This document shows positions 57,801 to 64,000 of a stretch of 64,000 nt of DNA, one piece after another. Positions within the stretch are counted from its first letter, which is position 1. Every line of letters starts with the position of its first letter. The stretch spans positions 332,787 to 396,786 of the forward strand of contig CAWCAB010000002.1 of the NCBI GenBank assembly GCA_963793485.1. The letters run 5' to 3'. This stretch comes from an uncultured Bacteroidota bacterium. GTDB taxonomy: Bacteria; Bacteroidota; Bacteroidia; Bacteroidales; B18-G4. The notes below the pieces were generated by a model. The model was given only the letters and a program-made list of their open reading frames with translations, was not told where the DNA came from and ran no database searches. The translations under genes and the position numbers were made by a program.

Positions 57801-58992
57801 AAAAATCGCTTCCGGAACATGGGCACCCTATATGATGACAGCATATAATGGCCAGAATAATGCAGGCCCTTCATATAACCGCAATTCCAAATTAGACTAT
57901 CCTATGGCCGATCTTGCCAGCGTAGATATAGTATTTACGGCCGATAAATCGAAATGGACACGCGCACTTGTGCTGGAGATGTGCCCTGAAGACATTCTTG
58001 CTGAAGGCAATGCCTGGCGTTTCGATCTAAGGGCAGCACAATCTGTAGACAAGGATGGCAACCCGGCACCTCACGGCAGTGGCTCCAGCGATAATCCGAA
58101 TGATCCAAACTATATAGGAGAATCAGGAATGGGATGGTTTCCCGGCTATGCCATTAATCTTGAAACAGGTGAACGTCTGAATATTATGTTTGGGGAGAAT
58201 TCATTCCTGGTTGGCGAAAATGGCAGGGATATGCTATTCAATCCCTCACCCAATCAATATGACTTCGCCGGAAACCCATTGTTTGGAGGCATGCACTATG
58301 TATATGTCATTGATCATACGGTTCGTCAGCCTCAAAACGACACCAACATATACGTGTTTCCTGCATATGATGCCGGTTTGCAGCTGTATACTTTGTATGA
58401 CACTCTCAAAACCCATGCTCTATGGCCGGTCAGGTACAAGCCATTGCTATTATCTGCAACTATGTGGGTTGGAATGCCTCTGTCGGTAGAAGATGAAGAG
58501 TGGCTGCCGGAGGGGAACGACTGGAAGTTAAGCATACGTATGTCGAAGCCATACCGCAGGTATTACTCCAGGCCAGAAGGGCCCGAATATGCCGGTACAG
58601 GAACCTCCTGGCCTGCCTATGGATTCAAGACTGATGGGGTTGCTACTACTACTTATAGTGAAAGTAAAGCAGAAACAGATCTCGACCTGATCAATGTTGT
58701 TCCTAACCCATATTACGCATATGATAGTTATGAAAACAACGCACTCGATAACAGGATCAAGATCACTAACCTACCTGAGCAGGCTACAGTAACCATTTAC
58801 AATATTAATGGAACGCTGGTCAGACAGCTAACAAAAGAATCTAATGACACCTACCTCGACTGGGACCTGAAGAATTTTGCAGGGGTTCAGATCGCAGGAG
58901 GCATATACATCATTCATGTAAATACCAATGTAGGCGAAAGGGTGCTGAAATGGTTCGGTATCTTGCGGCCACCTGACCTGAACACATTTTAG
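54814..58992 (+). CDS. Giant (1,392 aa) secreted protein with T9SS-CTD-like C-terminus, paralogue 2 (intact)
   Basis: Signal/lipobox-like N-terminus (LLLVPSYNC). Colinear with 48723..52960 along its whole length. C-terminus VVPNPYYAYDSYENNALDNRIKITNLPEQATVTIYNINGTLVRQL...GGIYIIHVNTNVGERVLKWFGILRPPDLNTF. Confidence 0.75.
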   Translation: MKKRLPYALVITLLLVPSYNCLAKKYRGNKQSSHTTEIKQNAAGCSAASGFRYLTVNNVRARINTGGDMWWDLTNFSQYFIPANGSATSLYSGSLWIGGLDVNDQLKLAALRFRGSGNDYWPGPLTIDGTASVDEVTCAEYDKHFLITRAEIDEYLGWWNSEDRASQYPDYSIPQSIQDYPAHGDVAKNQSYYLAPFRDVNGDGDYDPGSGDYPYYDITNELCPLNFAGDPNYVPQRTMEEIQEGTVHGSILVDQVLKGDQTLWWIFNDKGNFHSETQGASIGFEIRAQAFGFSTNDEINNMTFYTYEIINRSTFTLQNTFFSPWVDTDLGFSDDDYVGCDVARGLGYCYNGTSVDGSSQPEAYGDQPPAIGVDFFQGPYIDPDGRDNPEFTGDCSIINSPFQWDQMAINGVNFGNQIVDDERFGMRRFVYHNNDNSPQGDPRIAPEYYNYLRGFWRDNTRMLYGGNAHFNSGAVGPECDFMFPGDSDPCNWGTRGIPPNGGYNQNGLYWTEETADNNPFDRRFMQSAGPFTLEPGAVNYITVGIPWARATSGGPWASVELLRVVDDKCQKLFDNCFKVLDGPDAPDMAIAEFDKELIFYISNSQISNNYLEEYAEYDNTITQPHPVDSTQRSDSLYRFEGYQVYQLSDATVTLESKDNPDQVRLVAQFDIKNGVGMLVNYYYNKDIQANVPIVEVEGGDNGIRHSFAITEDAFGTSNRQLTNFKQYYYTVVAYSYNEYMPYSQEPGILNGLLGQKKPYLAGRRNIRTYTAIPHPSVNGTVLNSVYGLGPQLSRLEGNGNGGMILELTSESIEEILGKPPANTVHDLGSPDYPIAYEATYEYGLGPLNVKVIDPLNVTNADYRLEFTEVVYSDEENIIIDSAQWVLTNITTGDVYHSDKDINYNNEQLFLDLGLSVQINQPLYPGDSLAVNNGLITSYTSYQDSSHRWVGGVEDIDLPGSSADWIRSGTYQDQDDPTNLNDWDVPDQTFDPESVYEKIASGTWAPYMMTAYNGQNNAGPSYNRNSKLDYPMADLASVDIVFTADKSKWTRALVLEMCPEDILAEGNAWRFDLRAAQSVDKDGNPAPHGSGSSDNPNDPNYIGESGMGWFPGYAINLETGERLNIMFGENSFLVGENGRDMLFNPSPNQYDFAGNPLFGGMHYVYVIDHTVRQPQNDTNIYVFPAYDAGLQLYTLYDTLKTHALWPVRYKPLLLSATMWVGMPLSVEDEEWLPEGNDWKLSIRMSKPYRRYYSRPEGPEYAGTGTSWPAYGFKTDGVATTTYSESKAETDLDLINVVPNPYYAYDSYENNALDNRIKITNLPEQATVTIYNINGTLVRQLTKESNDTYLDWDLKNFAGVQIAGGIYIIHVNTNVGERVLKWFGILRPPDLNTF

Positions 58993-59015
58993 GCGAATTA
59001 TATTTGTGTATCTTT

Positions 59016-59055
59016 GATACTGTCCGGCTGCTGTACCGGGCAGTATCTTTTTATT
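59016..59055 (+). terminator. Rho-independent terminator
   Basis: GATACTGTCCGG-ctgctgta-CCGGGCAGTATC pairs at 11 of 12 positions and is followed by TTTTTATT. It lies 24 nt after the paralogue-2 stop. Confidence 0.7.
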
Positions 59056-59071
59056 AGATAAATCAAGTGCC

Positions 59072-59467
59072 ATGACTAGCATATTTACAAAGATCATACA
59101 AGGGGATATCCCTTGCTATAAAGTAGCGGAAGATGATCAATTCTTTGCATTCCTCGACATCAGGCCATTGGCCAAAGGCCATACTCTGGTGGTACCAAAA
59201 AAGGAGGTCGATTACATCTTTAATATTGATGATGAATTACTTGGGGAGATGATAAAGTTTTCAAAACGCCTGGGCCTGGCCATTGAGAAGGTTGTGCCCT
59301 GTAAACGCATGGGTATGACAGTCCTGGGTCTGGAAGTGCCGCATGCACATATCCATTTGGTACCTATCAATAGTGTTTATGATATCGACTTTAAAAAGCC
59401 GGCCGTGGAAATGAGCCAGGATGAATTTGTCGTACTGGCAGAAAAGATATCAGCTGCCTTCGAATAA
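59072..59467 (+). CDS. HIT-family (histidine triad) protein
   Basis: IFTKIIQGDIPCYKV... and the histidine triad HAHIHLVP. Confidence 0.85.
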   Translation: MTSIFTKIIQGDIPCYKVAEDDQFFAFLDIRPLAKGHTLVVPKKEVDYIFNIDDELLGEMIKFSKRLGLAIEKVVPCKRMGMTVLGLEVPHAHIHLVPINSVYDIDFKKPAVEMSQDEFVVLAEKISAAFE

Positions 59468-61369
59468 TCAATAAGCCCTTTTGTTTGTGCCTTCGATATA
59501 GTGAATATAAGAGAGGTTGACCACCTTGTTGCCCCCGGCAGTAGGATAGTTCCCCGTAAAATACCAGTCGCCTGTATGGTCAGGTATCGATCTGTGAAGG
59601 TCTTCGATATTTTGATAAATGATCTTTAACCCTGGCTTCAGCCCGGCAGGTTTAAGCAGTTCTGCGATCTTATCAGAGATCTCCTGGGCACTGAAAGGTT
59701 TGTAGATATCCTTTACATGGTTCACTATCTCTTCCTTTGGTCGTCCCTGCTGCTCTTTGCATTTTAAATATACTTCATTTATCACATCCTGCCTGCTGGT
59801 CTCCTTAAGTAAATCAATGGCAGCACGGAAGGCAATAAAATCGCCGAGCTTGGCCATATCGATCCCGTAGCAATCAGGATATCGGATCTGTGGTGCAGAG
59901 GATGCGATAACTATATTCTTTGGCTCAAGTCGGGCCAGAATGCGGATGATACTTTGTTTCAGGGTTGTTCCCCGCACAATAGAATCATCGATCACCACCA
60001 GGTTATCAATTCCGGGACGAATGATACCGTAGGTTACGTCATATACGTGTCCGACAAGGTCGTTGCGCTGACTGTCCTGGGTAATGAAAGTGCGAAGCTT
60101 TACATCTTTAACGGCAATATTATCTACACGAGGGCGGAAAGCGAGGATCTCTTTCAGTTTCTCAGGTTCCTTTGTAGGATCTATCAGGCTGATCTCCCGC
60201 TCCTTCATCTCATCACAAACATTGTGAAGCTCATTGATCATCCCCCGGAAAGCTGATGAAGCTGTGTTTGGAATATAGGAAAATACAGTATTTGTCAGGT
60301 CATTTTCTATGGCTTCCATCACGGTCGGTACCAGAGCGCGTCCAAGGTTTTTTCTTTCTTTATAGATATCAGAATCCGTACCACGGGAGAAGTAAATCCT
60401 TTCAAAGGAGCATGATTTCTTTTCCAGGGGCTTAAGGAAAGCTTTCTCGGAATAAGTACCATCCTTTTTGATAATCAGGGCATGTCCGGGCTGAACTTCC
60501 TTAACATCCTCCTGTGAAACATTTAATGATGTTTGTATCACCGGTCTTTCTGAGGCTGCCACAATAATCTCTTCATCAGCATAATAGAAAGCCGGCCGTA
60601 TCCCTGCAGGATCACGCATCAGGAAGGCATCACCATGGCCCAGAAGTCCTGCAATAGCATATCCGCCATCCCAGTCTTTGCTTGAATTGATGAGGATCTG
60701 TTGAATATCGAGGTCTTCAGCTATGCGTGGAGAAATATCACGTTTCTCGTAACCTTCTTCCTTAAACTGTCGGTAGAGCTTTTCATTTTCGGCATCCAGA
60801 AAATGCCCGATCTTTTCCATTATGGTGATGGTGTCAGAAGTCTCCACCGGATATTGCCCCAGGTCGATCAGCAGGTTAAAGAGCTCATCTACATTGGTCA
60901 TATTAAAATTTCCGGCCAGCACAAGGCTCTTGGTCATCCAGTTGTTGAAACGAATCATCGGTTGCAGGTTCTCAACCACATTGGCTCCAAAGGTACCATA
61001 GCGAAGGTGTCCCAGAAAAAGTTCACCGGTGAACTCCATATACTCTTTAAGCCACTGAACATCATTGATACGTTCCGGTTTCTTTTCTGCCAGTTTCATG
61101 ATTGGCTTGTAAGCCTTCTTGAAAACATCCTGTATTGGGGAAACCGAATTGGAGCGTATCCTGTTGATGTATTTATTGCCCGGTTCAAGGTCGAACTTGA
61201 GGCATGCCATGCCAGCTCCGTCCTGGCCCCTGTTATGCTGTTTCTGCATCATCAGGTGCAACTTATTCAGACCATAAAAGGGTGTGCCGTACTTTGAAAG
61301 GTAGTACTCCAGCGGTTTTAACAATCGTACGAGGGCGATCCCGCATTCATGCTTGATGGGTTCACTCAT
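59468..61369 (-). CDS. purF: Amidophosphoribosyltransferase, long Bacteroidota-type (class II glutamine amidotransferase + PRTase)
   Basis: N-terminal ...HECGIALV (Ntn Cys), QHNRGQDGAG and the PRPP-binding loop VVIDDSIVRGTT. Confidence 0.85.
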   Translation of the reverse strand: MSEPIKHECGIALVRLLKPLEYYLSKYGTPFYGLNKLHLMMQKQHNRGQDGAGMACLKFDLEPGNKYINRIRSNSVSPIQDVFKKAYKPIMKLAEKKPERINDVQWLKEYMEFTGELFLGHLRYGTFGANVVENLQPMIRFNNWMTKSLVLAGNFNMTNVDELFNLLIDLGQYPVETSDTITIMEKIGHFLDAENEKLYRQFKEEGYEKRDISPRIAEDLDIQQILINSSKDWDGGYAIAGLLGHGDAFLMRDPAGIRPAFYYADEEIIVAASERPVIQTSLNVSQEDVKEVQPGHALIIKKDGTYSEKAFLKPLEKKSCSFERIYFSRGTDSDIYKERKNLGRALVPTVMEAIENDLTNTVFSYIPNTASSAFRGMINELHNVCDEMKEREISLIDPTKEPEKLKEILAFRPRVDNIAVKDVKLRTFITQDSQRNDLVGHVYDVTYGIIRPGIDNLVVIDDSIVRGTTLKQSIIRILARLEPKNIVIASSAPQIRYPDCYGIDMAKLGDFIAFRAAIDLLKETSRQDVINEVYLKCKEQQGRPKEEIVNHVKDIYKPFSAQEISDKIAELLKPAGLKPGLKIIYQNIEDLHRSIPDHTGDWYFTGNYPTAGGNKVVNLSYIHYIEGTNKRAY

Positions 61370-61532
61370 GCTATAGTGTTGAGATTAGCTGTATTCTGAT
61401 GCAAAGTTAATATAATTCAATACGGACAATTGAAAATCCAACAGTGGTTTCAAACATTCCCCCTTCCAATTATCAACATCCGGGGATATTTTGTTATTTT
61501 AGTTAACTCAATTCAAACTAAACAACATCTCT

Positions 61533-63142
61533 ATGACCATTTCAAGGACTCAACTTATCAAATCGCTATCATTTCTCATAGCCCTCAATCTGTGTTTAAG
61601 CTTATCTGCACAGACTTGATCCGCGCTCACCCTCACCCTACCCCGATGAATGTACAAGTATCACAGCCGGCAAGCTTGCCACTGCCGATGGCTCGGTAAT
61701 CACATCACATACTGATGACAGTCACCGTACACGCTCCTGGATGGATATTGTTCCTCCGGCGAATCATGAAGAAGGTAGCATGCTGACAATGTACAAACGT
61801 ATCAGCCAGCGACAGTTTCGCCATGCCTTCCTATGCACATGTGCCTATTGGAGAGATACCACAGCTACCATACACTTACGGATATGTCAATACCGCCTAT
61901 CCATGCATGAACGACCACCAGCTGGCCATGGGCGAATCTACTTTCGGTGGCCGAAGTATATTACAGTCGGATGAAGGTCTGATCGATTGCCAGCGACTTT
62001 GCCTCTTGATGCTGGAACGATGCGCAACAGCTCGTGAAGCTATCAAAATGGCCGGGGAACTGACCAAAAAATACGGATGGAATGATGCCGGTGAATGCCT
62101 TACCATTGCCGATAAAAAAGAAGTCTGGCATTTTGAGATCGTAGGCCCGGGAAAAGGAAAAGTTGGTGCCATATGGGTAGCCCAGAGGGTCCCTGACGAT
62201 CATATTTCGGTAAATGCCAATGCCAGCACCATCAAGCATATCGATCTGAACGATCCGGATTATTTTATGGCCTCTGAAAACATCTTTGATATGGCCCTGG
62301 ACTCTGGCTGGTGCAATTCTAAAGAAGACTTTCAGTTTTGTTATGCCTATGCTCCACATAGCCGGACCTCTCTGGCATCCCGCCGGAGAGAATGGCGTGT
62401 ATTTGACCTGGTGGCCCCATCATTGCACCTGGATCCGAATGCCGAGAATCACCCCTTTTCAGTAAAACCGGATGAGCCAGTGACCATGGAAAAACTGGTA
62501 AGCATCTTCAAGGATTATTATGAAGGAACTCCCTTTAATTTTGTGAAAGATATTACAGTGACCGATGATTCAGGAAAAACAGTATTGTCGCCGCTGGCCA
62601 ATCCTTTTATGCCCTATGACATGAATAAAGTGTTCAAGATCAATGGCGGATGGGGTTGGCTGGGCGAACGCACCATTGCCCGCTGGTACACCATGTATGC
62701 AACCATCATACAATGCCGCGACTGGCTCCCGGATGAGATAGGAGGCGTGGTATGGCTGGCCCAGGATAATGTTGCCAGTTCCATCTACATCCCTGTATAT
62801 TGCAGTGTAACTGACCTGCCCGAATCATATAAAACACCCGGCAGGCCGAACGGCTATACTACCGAATCAGCCTGGTGGGCTTTCAACCGACTGGGCACCC
62901 TGACTGCCCAGCGATGGGGCGACATGCGCCATGATGTGGATGCCGTTTGGAATCCACTCCAGAAAGAACTATTTGAAAATCAAGAGTATATTGAAAAAGA
63001 AGCCATGAAGCTTTATAAGAAAGACCCGGACAAGGCACGTCAGTTCCTGACCGAATATACCTTGAAATGGGGTGACAAAGTAGTGATTGATGCCTGGAAG
63101 CTCGGAGACTACCTCTGGACCAAATATGACGAACTATTTTAA
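61533..63142 (+). pseudogene. C69-family dipeptidase, reading frame broken twice near the 5' end (about 61600-61617 and about 61787-61822)
   Basis: Frame 0 has the signal peptide MTISRTQLIKSLSFLIALNLCLSLSAQT*. Frame +1 has ...DECTSITAGKLATADGSVITSHTDDSHRTRSWMDIVPP... (Ntn Cys motif). Frame +2 (ORF 61823..63142) has the rest of the C69 body. Confidence 0.7.
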
Positions 63143-63166
63143 GGATGTTATCCAAATCTCACTCGT

Positions 63167-64000
63167 ATGATTGCCATAAAAAGAAGTGCCCGAATCATTT
63201 TGCTTGCTGTCCTTTTAAGTGGTATGCATTTATTTACCCAGGCCCAGGAAGTTCCAAAACCGGTAGATTTTTTCGGTTTCGAACCCGGTGCCGACCGTAT
63301 GCTTTTCAATTATGATCCACTCATTGATTATCTGAAAGAACTTGAAAAGATTTCAGACCGAATCCACCTGGAAGAGATCGGCATCAGCCCTATGGGAAAG
63401 CCCATATACATTGCATTTATTTCTTCAGCGGAGAACATTGCACGGCTGGATGAATTGAAAGAAATCAATAAGAAACTGGCCTTGAGTGGAGATTTAAGTG
63501 AAGAAGAACAGGCAGAACTTGTCGAAAGAGGAAGGGTGTTTTTCCTGGCAACCCTATCCATGCATTCCACAGAGGTAGGTCCTTCTCAATCAGCTCCGCT
63601 GATCGCTTATGATCTCGTAACAACTAACGATCCTGATAAGCTTTCCTGGATGAACGGAGTGGTGTATATGATGAACCCCTGCCACAACCCTGACGGGATG
63701 GATATGGTGGTGAACCACTACAATGAGTACAAAGGCACTCGCTACGAAGGAAGCTCACTGCCAAGGGTTTATCATAAATATATCGGGCACGATAACAACC
63801 GTGATTTTGTAGCACTCACCCAAACGGATACCAAGGCCATTGCCACGACATATAATACCGAATGGTACCCTCACGTGGCTGTTGAAAAGCACCAGATGGG
63901 CTCAAGAGGAGTGCGATATTTTGTACCACCTCCACATGATCCTATTGCCGAAAACGTGGATGCAGGTATCTGGAACTGGGTGGGCATCTTTGGCTCGAAC
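63167..64000 (+). CDS. M14-family zinc carboxypeptidase-like protein, N-terminal 278 codons (3' end outside window)
   Basis: Hand-translated ORF from ATG 63167, open to the window end. Signal peptide MIAIKRSARIILLAVLLSGMHLFTQAQ. HxxE zinc motif (SMHSTEV), NPCHNPDG and GHDNNRDF. Confidence 0.7.
   Translation, partial: MIAIKRSARIILLAVLLSGMHLFTQAQEVPKPVDFFGFEPGADRMLFNYDPLIDYLKELEKISDRIHLEEIGISPMGKPIYIAFISSAENIARLDELKEINKKLALSGDLSEEEQAELVERGRVFFLATLSMHSTEVGPSQSAPLIAYDLVTTNDPDKLSWMNGVVYMMNPCHNPDGMDMVVNHYNEYKGTRYEGSSLPRVYHKYIGHDNNRDFVALTQTDTKAIATTYNTEWYPHVAVEKHQMGSRGVRYFVPPPHDPIAENVDAGIWNWVGIFGSN

Noticed and set aside
60701-61297. 198-aa plus-strand ORF.
   Set aside because: It is antisense to purF, whose frame carries the conserved amidotransferase and PRTase motifs.

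Overview
This 64-kb chromosomal segment looks like a Bacteroidota genome. The evidence is Type IX secretion (T9SS) C-terminal sorting domains on four secreted proteins and CTD-like tails on two giant ones, a PorV-like barrel, a CarbopepD_reg/TonB-dependent-receptor-like protein and TAnnTTTG -7 boxes. Order of content: (1) fucose utilisation genes fucP-fucI-fucK ending at tRNA-Thr(CGT). (2) A T9SS-tagged pentahaem cytochrome, a Tat-signal DUF362-like protein and an unknown secreted protein. (3) An AT-rich block of about 16 kb (about 7.9-24.1 kb) encoding secreted lipoproteins and hydrolases (beta-lactamase-like serine hydrolase, S41 peptidase, PD40 propeller, two alpha/beta hydrolases with TPR, TlpA-like thioredoxin, two SnoaL-like proteins), a sigma-54 two-component pair and a MacB-type ABC exporter. 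(4) A long-form KamA-family radical SAM enzyme. (5) A rearranged tRNA-Pro(CGG) locus: a 5' tRNA fragment carrying an 86-nt palindromic insert, a frameshifted GIY-YIG mini-gene, the intact tRNA and a structured repeat region. (6) T9SS cargo proteins, an OmpA-family protein, DPP4-type S9 peptidase, a GGGP-synthase (PcrB) homologue, a PPTase, ahcY and a membrane/TPR protein. (7) A 19-kb co-directional block: propeller-LytS kinase, LytTR regulator, a small membrane protein, a 1,237-aa TonB-receptor-like barrel, a ~1,400-aa CTD-like protein, a PorV-like barrel, greA and a second ~1,400-aa paralogue. (8) HIT protein, purF, C69 dipeptidase and a partial M14 carboxypeptidase. The most interesting signal is the uncharacterised barrel + giant cargo + PorV-like module. 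A shared 12-mer (ACCGTTAACTGA) in 21-bp-spaced direct repeats, the geometry of LytTR boxes, links it to the adjacent two-component system. Caveat: six single-nt frameshifts in five conserved genes are visible by eye. They are more likely assembly indels than biology, so all pseudogene calls are provisional. No CRISPR array, rRNA, transposase or integrase was seen.
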